Shown here piece after piece: positions 1 to 12,390 of a stretch of DNA of 64,000 nt. Positions within the stretch are counted from its first letter, which is position 1. Every line of letters starts with the position of its first letter. Made by a program: the position numbers and the translations under genes. The notes beneath the pieces are model-generated. The model did not search any database, was not told the origin of the DNA, and saw only the letters and a list, made by a program, of their open reading frames with translations. Origin of the DNA: Lama guanicoe (Eukaryota); assembly GCA_013239625.1 (NCBI GenBank), contig MU054033.1, forward strand, positions 186,001 through 250,000, read 5' to 3'.

Positions 1-1162
1 TTCTTGGAGACCCCGGGTGAGGGGGCGCAGGGGTGCGAGGCCAGCTGATTCCCAGAGGGGCACCTGGTGTAGGGACCACTGGATGCTGGGGGGCGGGGGC
101 TACACACGGAGCCGGACAGAGGGTAAGAGTCAGGGACGAGCATGTGTAGGGGTGTCAGCCTGCACCAAGGGGCCGCTGGGCATCTGACTGGAGGGCAGCT
201 TTATAAGAAGGAGCCCAGAGGACGCCTTTTGGGTTGGCAACTAGACGTGTAGTTCTGATGCAGCCTTCTGATTGGGTCATGAGTTGTCAAGCACATAATT
301 GTTTCACAGTTAAGATTCAGCTAGCTTTTTGGACATACGGTCACGTACTAGTTTAACTTCACTGCTGGCTAAATTCAGTGTGCCATCCTCATTCTATTTT
401 GGAAGGAGGACAATCCTTTGTTTCGCAAGGCAGAGCCCAGACACAGTTACCTCTAATTAGTGAAGTGTTTTTAGAGTTCAGATAAGGTTCACTTACTTTT
501 TTTTTTCTATGCTAAACTTTGAGCCCATTTATTTTCTTTCTTAAAAAAAAAATAATTAAGGGGAAAAAAAACCCCCAAATAGTCACATTTCTTCTAGTTG
601 TCTAAGCACAATTTTCTATGGGGTCGAAAGCCAAGCTGATTCAGAACAAAAGAAAAGAAGGAACGTCCAAGTTTGGGTACCAGTTGATCTGCCTGGGATT
701 AAGGTTTTAAAAGTGCTCTTTATAATGGCTTTTCTCCCCAGTGGTAGAAAGGGCCCTGCCCTGGGTTTTGGGGGTGTGCGTGGCAGGAGGGCGGAGGGTG
801 GGGTGCCCTCATGATATAGAGGGAGCTGTGGCTGAGGCTCTGTTATCTATTTATAATTATGAGCATTTATTCAAAAAATCACTACGTGGAAACTCCCACA
901 AAATCCTACTACATACTTTGTCTTTTTTCTAGACAGATACTTACAAAAGGGCCCTCCTGGCATTGGGGTGTGATCGAAAGGGACTTCATGTAGCTCCCTC
1001 TGGATCTTAATTTTAAATGAGGGTAATGCACTTATTCCTTGATTAGGTAGTAATCAAGAAAAGCAAAACAAGACAAAACCCCAGTAAACAAATGCTGATG
1101 GCTTGAGAAACAAAACTGAGAACTCGGTGTAAAGCTGGTCTGTGCGTCTCTTTTGTTTATGT

Positions 1163-1500
1163 ATTTTTAAAATCGCGGTAAAATGCACAGAACATAAAAT
1201 TAACCATTTTAAAGTGCACAGTCCGGTGGCATTTTGTCCGTTGGCAGACTTGTACAACCGGGGCCCTCTGTCTACTTCCGGAACACTTCCATCACTCCTA
1301 GAGAAAAACCCCTTGCACTAGCAGCGACTCCTCACTCCCCCCACCCCCCAGCCTTTTGCGACCACTGATCTACTCACTGTCTCTCTGGATTTGCCTACTC
1401 TGGAAATTTAATATAAATAGAAACATGCAAGATGTGGCCTTTGTATCTGGCTTCTTTCACCGAGCATAATGTTTTCAAGGCTCATCCACATTGTAGCATC
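1163..1500 (-). mobile_element. Old LINE-1 3' end fragment (L1MB-like)
   Basis: Reverse-strand L1 3'UTR phrasing: 'ggtaaaatgcacagaacataaaattaaccattttaaagtgcacag...tggatttgcctactctggaaatt...ctggcttctttcac...cataatgttttcaaggctcatccacattgtagca'. Subfamily from memory. Confidence 0.8.
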
Positions 1501-1559
1501 CTTGCTTTGTTTTTAAGCACAGTGAGGTTATACCACGCACGGTGAACTGAGCTTGGCTG

Positions 1560-3560
1560 TTTTCACAAATAGGTCATACAGATCTTTCCGTATTAGTGCA
1601 CACCACACACTTTTCACTTCTTTAAACCTTGCTAATATCTGTCATTTGGGTATGCATTGTTTATTTCATTGGTCTCCTGTGGGTGGAGACGTCTGATTTT
1701 TCACAATTACGGAAAATAGTACATTTTTGGTTCTGCTACAGTGTGCATCTGTGGAGTCAGTTACCACAAGTGAATTTTTTTTGGTCCAAGATAATTTATA
1801 TAGATTGTTGACAGATTTTATAAGGTTGCTCTTCCAGAAGGGGGCAACAGTCTATGTTCCCAGTTTTTCTGTTTTTTTCCAAACCCCGACCAGCCCTGAA
1901 AGTTGTCAGGCATTTTAATCTTAGTAAGTCTGCAGCATAGAAATGGCATGTGATTTCTTTGTATTGACATTTTAAAAATTGTCCATGAGGCTGAATGTCT
2001 TCATAAGTCCTTCGATTCTCTTTTTCGGTCAGGGCTGGGGGAATAAATGTGTGCTTTCTCTACTAATTTTCTTATTTTTCTCAATTGTTTCACTGATTTC
2101 TGTGACTTTTTAGCTCTGTTCCAGATTGTGTGAAAATATTTTTCACCAGGTCATCCTTTCCCGTTGCTTGTGATGGCTTCCGGGCACAAGGGTTTATGGA
2201 GTCACACTTAGCTAGCTTTCATTTTATGCATTTTGAGTTTTGAGTCAGACACTGGAATCTCCTTTCCATTCCAAGATTATTTTAAAAAACTAACCTTTTT
2301 CGGGGGAGCTTTTTGACTTATTTTTTATGGTTAAATCTTTCATTCACATAGAATTTAGTATACAACTTTATTTGTTCTCCTCAGAGAAATGAATTGCCCT
2401 GAACACCTTTGTTATAAATAATCTGTTCCTTTTCAGTTATTGGAAAAGTAGACTCTTCTTGGTATTATAAATTCCATGTTCATCTCGTGTTATTTCTGGA
2501 TGATTCTGTGTTTGTTCCACTTTTAATGACTGTAGCTTTATAAATTTTAATATTTGGTGGGATTAGTCTGTCCCTTTACACATTCCCCTCAGAATTTTCC
2601 TGGCTGATCTCACTTAGTTTTCTAGAACAGTTTTATTATAAGTAAGGCAAGTTCTTAAGGGTATAAATTTTCCTATGAGTGTAGCTTTGGCTACAGCTTT
2701 TAGATGGTGTTACATGTTGTGTAATGTTTTTCTTGTTATTTTCCAAATAGTCTGTAATCTCAATTTTTATTTTCTCTGTGATTCAAGAATTGCTCCAGCA
2801 GGACATTTAAAACCTTTAAGGGAGTTATTTTCCAGTTTTATTGGATTTTGTTTACAGAAAGTGTGGTCTGCTGTATTCTGGTGTTGGAGTAATTGATGTT
2901 TTTTTTAATGACTTAAAATGTGGTTATTATGTGTTATATCCAGTGGTAACTTAGATAGGATCTCAGTTTAGAGCAACCTCATTGGTTAGGTAACTTCATT
3001 TTTCTTTATCTTTACTTACTTTTTGTGTTCTTCATCTCCCTAAGGCAGAGAGGTAAATTCCAGTATCCTGTGCTATTATTTCTGTCTGTCTCTCTGATTT
3101 TTGTGTTGTGGACACTGACATTTACTGCATATAGTCATGATGGTTCCTCATTGAGGATTGTACCCTTAATAATTTCAAAGTGTCCCTGCTTCTAATTAGA
3201 TCTTGTATATTAATATTACGTGATTTTTTTTGTTGTTGTTCTTAATTATGGCATCTGCCTAGGAAGTCTTTGTTCCTGAAAGTTTTTCTGCTTCTCGTTT
3301 GGTTTTAGACAGATATTTTAAATAGAACAAATAGCTTTATTTGAATTTTTATCCTGATTGTCTTTTTCTTCTATATAATAAGTTTTCTTTAATTATTTTA
3401 TTGAGATAACATATAATATATTGTATATAATAAATATAATAGATATAAAGACCTTAAATATAGGTGTAAATATATAAATAAAGGGCCTTAAATCTGTCAT
3501 CTTTTGGGGGTTATATTTTTCTATTTTTAATGCTTCCTTTCTGTCTCCGTTTTGTTTGAT
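1560..3560 (-). mobile_element. Highly decayed antisense LINE-1 (L1M/L1ME-age) sequence
   Basis: Long T-rich block with scattered L1-antisense phrases ('tgaggctgaatgtcttcat','ttaaatctttcattcacatagaattt','ctgtagctttataaattttaatatttggt'). Boundaries approximate. Confidence 0.55.
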
Positions 3561-3989
3561 GTTTTTTTTCCTTTGACTTTTATGTAACATACCTATCGAA
3601 ATCCAAATGACCAGAAGGTAAAACAATAAAAAGAAGGGTGAAGATTGGCCCAGCAAATATAATAAATTCCTGAAACTGAGTAACTTTGCCAGTTCGTGCC
3701 CTGATAATGACTGATCTGTTTCCATTTTTCTTGGGACCCATTGTGCAAGTTAATTATGTCTTCCTTGATTTCGTTTTCATCTGTTATACCTTTGTCTACA
3801 TTCTTCCATTAGCCGTGTTCTCTGGGGCACCACTCACGTCTCAGCTTCTCGTCGGCAGGCCCACCCTTTCCCTGCTCAGCTCCTGCTAAGTGATTTTCAG
3901 GCTTGCTGGCCAGATGGACTCGCTTCCGGAGTTCTTCATGAGTCACAGACGCTTCCAGGGACTCTAATGAGAGCCTCTGCTTTTCTGGG

Positions 3990-4130
3990 CAGCCTTAAAA
4001 ATATGGTGTTTGGGTTTCCCCCTCCCTTCTTAGGGTTCTGATTGAACTGGCTGGGGTGTGGCTTGGGGCACAGATTGTTTTCAAAGCTCCCAGTTAAACC
4101 TAGTGCCCTGGTGAGGCTGAGCGGCTGGAT
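3990..4130. mobile_element. MER5-family hAT DNA transposon remnant (MER5B-like)
   Basis: 'gttctgattgaactggctggggtgtggcttggggcacagattgttttcaaagctcccag' resembles the MER5B consensus. Confidence 0.5.
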
Positions 4131-4874
4131 CTAAGTCTGGGTGTTTGAAACCAAGGTAGCAAATTTGTTTGGCTTTCCTTCGCCTTTGCTCCCGGTTTTC
4201 TGTAATGTAGGACCCAGGCGTGGGGGAGTTCCTGGTGCAGTGGCCTTAGTCCTGGGTGAGGGGGTGGGCGGGTGGGGCTGGGGGGGGCCACTGGGGGTAG
4301 CAGGGTCACCCATTCTCCCCTAGAGGCTTGTGGACGTGAGTTAGTTTCTAGTTTTTTGGTGGGTTGGAGTTGAGGCTCTTCTTGGGTTTTCTTGAAAATG
4401 GAGAAATTCAGTGAGGGAAGCAGAGTACAGCGTCTTTTGTTCTGCCATCTTTTATTGGGAGTTGAGGTGCGTTTGGAATGTAAGTTGAGTTGAAAAGAAC
4501 TTCTGAGGGGTCCAGCAGCAAATCCCAATGCTGGATTTCTTTGTGTCTCTGAACGTTACTTTCTGTAGGTGCTGCTTCGTTCTGTTGATCGCCTGTATGA
4601 TCAATTGTGCAGGATGGAACCCCTCTCTCTACCGGTCACACCGTTACCAAGTTGCCTTTGTCTCCTCCGCTCAACTGTAATATTCGTAGACTTTTTAATG
4701 ATGGCCGTTCTGGCCAGGACACAATGTGGGTGTCCAGGCAACAGTTATGGTCCCCAAAAGGATTGCTTTGCTCTCTTAGGCTGAGTCTGGCCTGCGAAAT
4801 GGGGCAAAAGAGAGCCGTTTCACCAACTCCAGTGACATCCCACCCTTTTTAAGAAAAATTTATTATTTTCCATG

Positions 4875-5225
4875 TTTTAAAATTGTGGTAAAATACCCGT
4901 GAAGCATAACATGAAATTCGGCATCTTAAAACCATTTTAAAGGCACAGTTCAGTGGCTTAAGTCCATCCTCACTGTTGCATAAACCGTCACTGTCATCCA
5001 TTCTCCAGAACTTTTCGTCTTGCACAGTTAAAACTCTGTCCCCATTAAACACTAAGTGCCTACACCCCCATCCCTAACCCCTGGCACCCACCATTCTACT
5101 TTCTCTCTTTAGGAATTTGACTGCTGTGTGTTCCTCATCTAAGTGGCATCATACAGTATTTGTCCTTTCCACGCCTGGGTTATTTCACTCAGCATATGGT
5201 CCTCAAGGTTTACCCAGACATAACA
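4875..5225 (-). mobile_element. Old LINE-1 3' end fragment (L1MB-like)
   Basis: 'aaattgtggtaaaatac...accattttaaaggcacagttcagtggc...ccagaacttttcgtcttgcacagttaaaactctgtcccc...cccctggcacccaccattctactttct'. Confidence 0.85.
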
Positions 5226-5258
5226 CACTAGATCTTTTATAAAGATAGATGGATTTCT

Positions 5259-5363
5259 TATGAAAATGAATATATGTATGTATATGCATGGCGGGGACAT
5301 TGTGCTGCACACCAGAAATCGACACATTGTGACTGACTGTACTTCAGTAAAAGAAAAAAAAAT
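5259..5363 (+). mobile_element. Short 5'-truncated lineage-specific LINE-1 3' end with A-tail and perfect 15-bp TSD
   Basis: GATAGATGGATTTCT at 5244-5258 and 5364-5378 flanks 'atgaaaatgaatatatg...acattgtgctgcacaccagaaatcgacacattgtgactgactgtacttcag' plus an A-rich tail. The same 3' sequence recurs about ten times in the window. Confidence 0.9.
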
Positions 5364-6167
5364 GATAGATGGATTTCTACACCTAGCAGCAGGGATAACC
5401 AGGGGCCGTGATGATGACTGTAGGTTTAAAAATTCACCTGCTATCGAAATGTTTTAAATCCGTGCTGGAAGGATACAGAAGGTCTTCGCAGGGATAGGAA
5501 GTTAGTTGCAGGAGAAATTAGGCAGCGTGCGTGGAATGGAAGCCAAGTTATTGTTCCTCGTAAAGAGGGAAAGCCTTTCTCTGAGGCCCTATTCGTGGCT
5601 TTTCTGCACGGGTATCCATCGCTGTTGCATCCAGAATGGGGTCACATGTTGGGATCTGACCCCCACATTCTGTGGAATGAATAGGTTTGGGGAGCGAGGT
5701 TTCATCTCTCACCAGCCCTCCTGATAGGATCACTGTTATTTCAAGTCTGAGTTCACATCGATTGCCTGTCTATAGATTTGCCGCTATCCAAGAAAAACTT
5801 AGGTATGTGTGTGCATTTGGGGTCAGGGAATAATGATGGAGAGGGAATTGGGAACTGGGGCTTGTGCACATGAGTCATAAGTTTGAGAAGAAGCGGGTGT
5901 TTAGATCAGGCACTGAAAGCAAGCCGGTGCGTGTGCACCCGCAGTCCAGAGGCAGAGAGCATCTCCGGGGACCTGGCCCAGGTGGCTCACCTGTCCTAGG
6001 TGAGGGCGGAGTACCTGTGGGGGGGCATTGGTCTCATTAGTGGAAGGCTGTGTCTTGGGAAGTGCGTTCCTGAGGGCTGTGTGAGCTAATGTCTGCAAGA
6101 TGAACAGATGCCGGCTGCTGTGAGGGTGTCCTTTTCCGGAAAACCAGATTCCACGGCGGTGACGGTG

Positions 6168-6291
6168 TCAGTGTGGTCCCTGGATCAGCTGCACCGGCAG
6201 CTCCTGGGAGCGTGTTAGCAATGCGTTAGCAAGGTGCGCTCGTGGACCTGCCCCAGAACCTCCCTAGTCAGCAACTGAGCTGAGGCTCAGC

Positions 6292-6344
<53 letters not shown>

Positions 6345-6390
6345 ACAAGCTCTCCAGGGGATTCTGATGGGTGCTTTCAAACCAGAGGTC
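6168..6390 (+). mobile_element. MER5A hAT DNA transposon containing a (GT)n microsatellite
   Basis: 'gtgtggtccctggatcagctgcacc...cctgggagcgtgttagcaatgc' and 'tgtgtttacaagctctccaggggattctgatg' match the two halves of MER5A. Confidence 0.75.
6295..6342. repeat. (GT)24 microsatellite
   Basis: Uninterrupted GT dinucleotide run, seen directly. Confidence 0.97.
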
Positions 6391-7122
6391 ACCTGCCTTC
6401 AGCCCCGTCTTCCGGGCAGTCCCCAGGCTGAGCGCGGATTCCTGGTGCTGGGGACGGCACACAGAGGAGGGGAAGGGGGGCTGGTCAGCTTCCACCATGG
6501 AGGGCCAAAGCCCGCACGCACCCCAAGATGTCCCTGTGGGCCGTGCAACACCCGGCTGTTTGTCCACAGTGCAGGCGGTGGGATAATGATTTGGGGAGAA
6601 CTGGAAAGGATTAGTGGTCGTCAGTGTGGCCAGGATGGACTGCAGGGGGAAATGAAGGGTATCCGCATTCGATGGGGCAAAGTGTGGCGTGCAGTGGGAT
6701 GTGGGGAAGCAGAGCTTCTTGTAAACTTCGAGGGAGAGGAGGACACCTGTCCCCCTGTGCCGCCCTCAGCTTTCTCCGGAGGAGTCACCGCAGGGCAGCT
6801 CGTCCAGTCCTTTCGCCGCCTACGGAGTCCTGGTGTCTGTCCTTCCATCTCTGTGTCCACAGGGGCCGGCTCTCCCACATCGGAAAGGTGTACCTGTTGG
6901 AAGGCATACAGTCCAGAGACAGGCTCCTTCGTGTGTGTTGTTGCTAATGAGCCACAGATATCTAAGTGCTTTGATCAAATTGTAGATCGAGGTAAAGTGT
7001 TAAAGTCACAGTTGTCAGCCTGAAATAAGTGATAAGAAATTGATAAACAGTATAATTTTTGTGGTCCTCCAGGGAGTTGTCTTCAGCGCTTTTGGTGTAA
7101 ATGTTAGGAAGAAGGCATTCGT

Positions 7123-7295
7123 GGGGGAGGGTGCAGCTCAGCACGCAGGAGGGCCTGGATTCAATCCCCAGCACCTTCATTAACAAATAAATAGATCAGT
7201 ACACCTAATTATCCCCCTCTTCCCCAAACAAAACAAGCAAAAATGTAATAAAATAAATTTTAAAAAATCAAATGTATTAGAGAAAAAAAAAAAAA
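7123..7295 (+). mobile_element. tRNA-derived SINE (camelid Vic-1-like), internally deleted
   Basis: 'gggggagggtgcagctca...cctggattcaatccccagcacc' (Pol III A/B-box head), 'cctaattatcccc' tail and poly-A. Degenerate TSD aagaaggcattcgt (7109-7122) / aagaaagtgttcgt (7296-7309). Confidence 0.85.
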
Positions 7296-8880
7296 AAGAA
7301 AGTGTTCGTTCAGCTCTGGCTTCCTTCCCCAGCCTGTGGGCTCCAGAACTGTTTTCCTCCCAAAGTCTTAGATTCACCAGCTGCAAATCCTCTGACCTCC
7401 GATGTTTCTGGAATGTAGTGTCAGGATGCCCAGGGTGTGCGTTGTCCTGCGGCCGCCCTGTCCGGTGGGGAGCCACGTGGTCTGCGGCCACGATAACTGA
7501 ACTGTGTTCACGTTGCATCTCTCCTTGGTGCCCCTGCCGGGTTCCACCTCCCATTTTTGTCCATAACTTTGTCCCTTTGAACACACCATCTACCTGATCT
7601 GTTTAGGACGTGCCCTTTTCTGTCTGATTCCCAGCCCCAGGGCCGAGACTCTCCTCCCCTTTGTTGACAGATCCCCCAGGCTCTTGGAGAAGCACCTGAA
7701 ACAGAGCAGGTCCTAATAATCGTGACACTGTATAATCTCACGTGTAACTCACTAATGATGAGTTTTTTTCCTAACATTTTAGGAGTTACTCCAAAGGGGA
7801 AAGAAATCTCTTAAGCCTTTCATTTAACACACAGTGTCGTCTTTAACGTTAGGGGTTGAATTGTATTTACGGGAGCCAGGGCAGGGGCCTTTGGTCACTT
7901 GCAGACATTCGGGGTAGGTGGTCTCATGGGGCAGGTGTAGACTGCTCAGAGGGGTCCCAACCAGCTTGTCAAAAATCTTTCAAAAAGTGCTTGTTTAGTA
8001 AATATTGGGGCTGATAATCACTTCTTCTCTCCCTCGATTCCCCTCAGTAGTGCCCAGTACACACTCCAAGGGGCGCAGGGGAACCTTCCACTGAGGTCGT
8101 AAGAAGCAGAATCCAAGACTTGGGGGCCCGAGTCCGCCCCACCCCCACCCCCGCGACCTCCCCAGCTCCACCTGGCAGGCGTAGAGACCTGAGCGCACTG
8201 GAAGCAGCTGGAGTGAGAATTTATATTGCCAACTGTCAAAAGTCCATCCAGAGACTTAGCTAAATTGGTATTGTAGGAACCCAGGTCCATGTTTGGTAGG
8301 ATGGAAAAAAAAAAACTACACAAGGCCGTTAAACATGTGAAATGATCCTCTGAGATTTCTGAGTAACGTTAATCCTGGCAGCGAGGGGGAGGTGGAGGAA
8401 TATTTGGAAGGTCATAAATCTCTGGTTAGTTGTTCGGATGGTCCTGTGCTCGGAGACAGAGAGGGAGCTGTGGGTTTATTGAGCTGTTATTTTTACAAGC
8501 TGGCCTTTGCTTTAATATGAATTTATACTGGATGAATTTGGTATTTAAAGAAAGAACGGACTCAAAGAAAAGAGGCTCATATGCGAACCCAGAGCACATC
8601 CTGTTATACGCTTGGGCTGAGGCGTTCTGGTTGCCAGAGAAGTCAGCTGTGTAAAAAGCAGGCGCCCTGGTGTAAGGACCCTAATTACCAGCAGTCGCTA
8701 AAAGGAACACTCACGGAGTGTCTGCTGCCTCGGCCACATGAAGAAGTTCGTTTATGATACAGTGTTTGTCCTTAGAGACTTTCCAGTGTAGTTCTGAAGC
8801 TGGATTACGCTCATTTAAAAATGATGTAAATTCTAGTCAGTGTGACTGTGTCCAGAGGCAGGGCCTGGAAAATCAGGTCA

Positions 8881-9014
8881 GTGGGGGATGTGGACTCTGG
8901 AGAGTGACCACTGTGGGATCTAGGGGAGAACTGGGAATTGGGATCCGGTGGGGGATGTGGACTCTGGAGAGTGACCACCGTGGGATCTAGGGGAGAACTG
9001 GGAACTGGGATCCA
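8881..9014. repeat. Two-copy 67-bp direct tandem duplication
   Basis: Units 8881-8947 and 8948-9014 ('gtgggggatgtggactctggagagtgacca...gggatcc') differ at 3 positions. Confidence 0.95.
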
Positions 9015-10049
9015 GGGAAGACCTGGAAATGGCGACAGAAACTCAGGCTCTGGGCCTGACGGGGGCCAGAGGGGGCTGACGGCTGATTCTGCCCTGTTTT
9101 TTTCTTTCAACTTCATCCATCTGCGATGAGAGCACTTTCTGCTATGTGTAAGCAAGCCTCTTGCGTCTGACCGCAAATCACGTGCTCAGGACATTTTGCA
9201 AGTGCTCCCTGCCCCTTTTATTTTAACAACAGAGTGATGGAGCTGGAGTCCACAAACCATAAAATTCCCTTTCAGCCTGGACAGGGCACCGTTTCTGAGG
9301 ATGGTCACAGACTCACACAGCCATCACGGCTATCGGGTTGCAGAACATTCCGTCCCTTGTGCCTGTTTGGACGAGGTAGGAGGTTGCACCGTATGCGACG
9401 GACTGCCTCTGACCATTTTCAGCCACAAAAATTGCAGTCTCCTGGGTTCCAGCTTTCAGACGTTGTTAAAAGATCTCCTGAAAGCGAGCAGGAGATTTTT
9501 TCCTCCATCTCACTTTAAACCACCCCAGAAGTGTTTGGGGTCGGGAGCCCCACGTGTGCAGGAGTTCAAGGGGATTTATGGGCAGCCCGGGGTCGGGCCA
9601 CCCTTGGGCCCTTGAAGTCGGTTCCGTGGGAGAGCGCGCCCAGCGGGCCCGTGTGCTTTGGCTTCTAAGGGGAACGTAGGAAGGGACGGTAGGGTCACTG
9701 GGAGGAGGTACTGGGACAGATTGCAGCTTGATGCAGCAATGAGGTTTCTGGTCATAAAGCTGACCAGCAAGCTCTGTGCTGTGTCCCGTTGTCGCTGGGG
9801 CACGAGTGGGAGGTGCCCCCTACTCGCCTCACCTGTCTGGGTGCTCTCCTTAGCACCCCACACGGGGAGTGCCCCCAGCCTGCAGGCCCACCTCGTCTGC
9901 CCAGGACCCCCCACCTCGGCCTGCCTGGCCACTCCTGCCTCCAGAAGATGCCGCTTCCGTGTGTCTGTCTGTGTCCTCGTCTCGGGTCCCCCGCGCTGAA
10001 CATGGTGTGAGCCCTCTCTGGGCCTGTGTCCCAGGTGGTCTCTGGGCCC

Positions 10050-10160
10050 TGACCCCCCTGCTGGACCGTAAGCTCCCTGAGGACAGGACAGCGGCCGCCT
10101 CTCTCACTGCCGCACCCCCAGCCTGCTCTGGGTGGCCCAGGCCCCTGACGTTCTCAGTGT
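10050..10160 (+). mobile_element. L2 3' end remnant
   Basis: 'ctggaccgtaagctccctgaggacaggac...tcactgccgcacccccagc' resembles L2 'ctagactgtaagctccatgagggcagggac...tcactgctgtatccccagc'. Confidence 0.65.
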
Positions 10161-10294
10161 GCACACACAGACGTGCATGTGTGTCCACGTGTATTTATGT
10201 GCATATGTATACCTAGGTCTTTGTGTCTACCTGAAGGAACGTAATTCTGTGAGTTTAGATGAATGGTGTGCAGTCGTTGCCTTTGTAGGTCAAA

Positions 10295-11000
10295 AACGGC
10301 TGAACAGTAAGTGAAAGAAGCCAATCTAAAAAGGCTTCTGACCCACACACTGACCCCAACCACATGACGTTCTGGAAGAGGCCAAATAGAAAGACCAGTG
10401 GTTGTCATGGGTTAGGGAGGAAGGTGGGGACGAATAGGTGGATGTTTAGGGCAACGAAACTAGTCTGTATGATACTGTAATGGCAGGCGTATGACTCAGG
10501 CATTGGTTAAAACCCCTATAACTTAAAAAAACTTTTTTGTGCTTTTCCCCAGGTTTATTGAGATATAATTGACTTTGGAGAGGAGGTAATTAGGTTTATT
10601 AATTATTATTATTATTATTATTATTATTAATTTTTTTATGGAGGTACTGGGGATTGAACCCAGGTCCTTGTGCATGTGAAGCACGCGCTCCGCTGAGCTA
10701 TATTGATACAAGATTGTCAACTCAGGTCCATAGTTCCATTAAGGTTCACTCTTTTGTGTTCAGCCCCAATAACTCTTAACACTAAGAGTGGACCTTAATG
10801 GAACTACGGACCTGAGTAGACAATCTTGTATCTGTATTGTTTCATTAACTCATTAAACAAATATACCGCAACAAGGCAAGATGTAAATAAACGGGGGAAA
10901 TCGTGGAGGGCCTCCTGTGGGAGGGGAAGTACCTGGGAGCTCCCTGCTTTCTGCTACTTTTTCCCTAAACTCAAATGGCTCTAAAAAAAAATAAGGTCTA
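10295..11000 (+). mobile_element. LINE-1 3'UTR (L1MC1/2-like), interrupted at about 10520-10770 by an antisense L1 piece and a SINE
   Basis: 'taagtgaaagaagccaatctaaaaaggc...gggcaacgaaactagtctgtatgatactgtaatgg' resumes as 'cactaagagtggaccttaatggaactacggac...ctctaaaaaaaaataaggtcta'. Confidence 0.75.
10574..10702 (-). mobile_element. tRNA-derived SINE (Vic-1-like) with (ATT)n expansion
   Basis: 'ggaggtaattaggtttatt(att)n...ggaggtactggggattgaacccagg...ctgagctata' is the reverse complement of the SINE at 7123. Confidence 0.9.
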
Positions 11001-11059
11001 GTCATTTGGAAAAGGCTGAAGAGGAGCAGTTGTGTCTGATTCTCCCTTCCCTCTGTTTG

Positions 11060-11880
11060 ATTCCTTTTAATACTCGTAAAAGCTTTATACGATTCTCGTG
11101 CCGTGGCATTTGAAAGCAGACAGTTCAGTGGTTTTTTAGATTTATTTACCGAGTTGTGCCTCTGTCCCTGCAGCCAGTGTAAGAACGTTTTTATCACCCC
11201 CAGAAGAAACCCCGCCCCCCCGGCCCTGGCAGCCAGCCAACCATCTACTTTCAGTCTGGATTTCCCTGATTTGGATATTTCAAATAAGTGGACTCCCACA
11301 ATAGGCGGCCTTTCGTGACTGGCTGCTTTTATCGTTATCAGTTCTTCATTCCTTTTTTAAAACGAAAGTAAATTCTTTATTTAAGAGCAGCTTTAAATTC
11401 AGAGCAAAAGTGCAAAGACAGTCCAGAGAGTCCCCCTGTAGCCCACACTCCATTTCTCTCATTTTCAACGTCTTACACCATGACCGTGCATTTCTCAAAT
11501 TAATGACTCCGACTGAAGTCCATGCCGCGTTCACATGTCTTAGTGTGCATCCAGGGACCTTTTTCTGTTCCAGGACCCCACTTTCCCTTCAGCTGTCACG
11601 TGCCCTTAGGCTCCTCCTGGCTGTGACAGTTTCTCAGACCCGTTCTGGACGACCCGGACAGTTTGAGGAGTCCTGGTCAGGTAGTTTGTCGAGTGTCCCT
11701 CACCTGCGGTGTGTCTGATGTTTTTCTCGTGATTAGATTGGGCTTGCGAGTTCTGGGCAGGAGATCACAGAGCCTGGGTGCCCTTCTCAACACATCACAT
11801 CTAAGGGGCACACTGTCACCATGACTCATCACGGATGCTGGTCACCTGGGTCATGGCGTCTTCCCTGCTACTGCTGAACA
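11060..11880 (-). mobile_element. Two adjacent old antisense LINE-1 3' fragments (L1MB-like then L1MC-like)
   Basis: 'acagttcagtggttttttagatttatttaccgagttgtgc' and 'agagcagctttaaattcagagcaaaagtg...ttttctgttccaggacccca...cctcctggctgtgacagtttctcagac'. Confidence 0.7.
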
Positions 11881-11889
11881 CGTGTGGAA

Positions 11890-12390
11890 GTACTGAGTCC
11901 AGACTTGCTCTGCTCACCGCATGGCAGGCCGGTAAGCTGGGAGACGAGGTGTTGGGGCAAGGCACAGCGACTTTATTCAGAAAGCTGGCCGACTGAGGAG
12001 ATGGGGGACTGACATCCTGGAGAACCATCTTCCCCAAGTCAGAATTCAGGCTCCTTTTACACTAAAAAGGGGAGGGAGTGTGGTTGGTTGTTGCAAACTT
12101 CTTGGTGTAGGAATTCTTTGTTCTTGGAATCCTTTGTTTTTGCAGCTGTCCACGTGGGCCAGGTCATGGTGCCCCTGTAAATCCTCCAGCAAAACAAACC
12201 TTATTTTCTGTTCTGCAACTTGTTATCTTTCTGTAAGTGCAGAAGTGCTAACATCCTGAAAGGCCAGAGCCTTGAGAACAGGCTCTCCTGCAGATTTCAA
12301 GCAAAAGGCAACGTTGTTTTACAAAAGGTGCAGAGGGAGCAGGACTGGGCCTAGAAAAGGGGGCACAGGGCTAAAGCCAGTCTCTCCACA
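11890..12390 (-). mobile_element. Solo ERV LTR (ERV1-like, artiodactyl type)
   Basis: 'tactgagtccagacttgctctgctcaccgc...gagacgaggtgttggggcaagg...gactttattcagaaagc' resembles artiodactyl ERV LTRs. AATAAA lies on the minus strand near 11972, about 500 bp long, no internal sequence adjacent. Confidence 0.7.

Noticed and set aside
195..280. TATA-like 'tttataag' and CCAAT-like 'ctgattgg'
   Set aside because: No linked exon or CpG island visible; short motifs expected by chance.
6295..7023. 242-aa ORF
   Set aside because: Starts in a (GT)n microsatellite inside MER5A with a non-ATG codon.
8881..9014. Repeat array as possible CRISPR
   Set aside because: Two contiguous units without spacers, in mammalian DNA with no cas genes.
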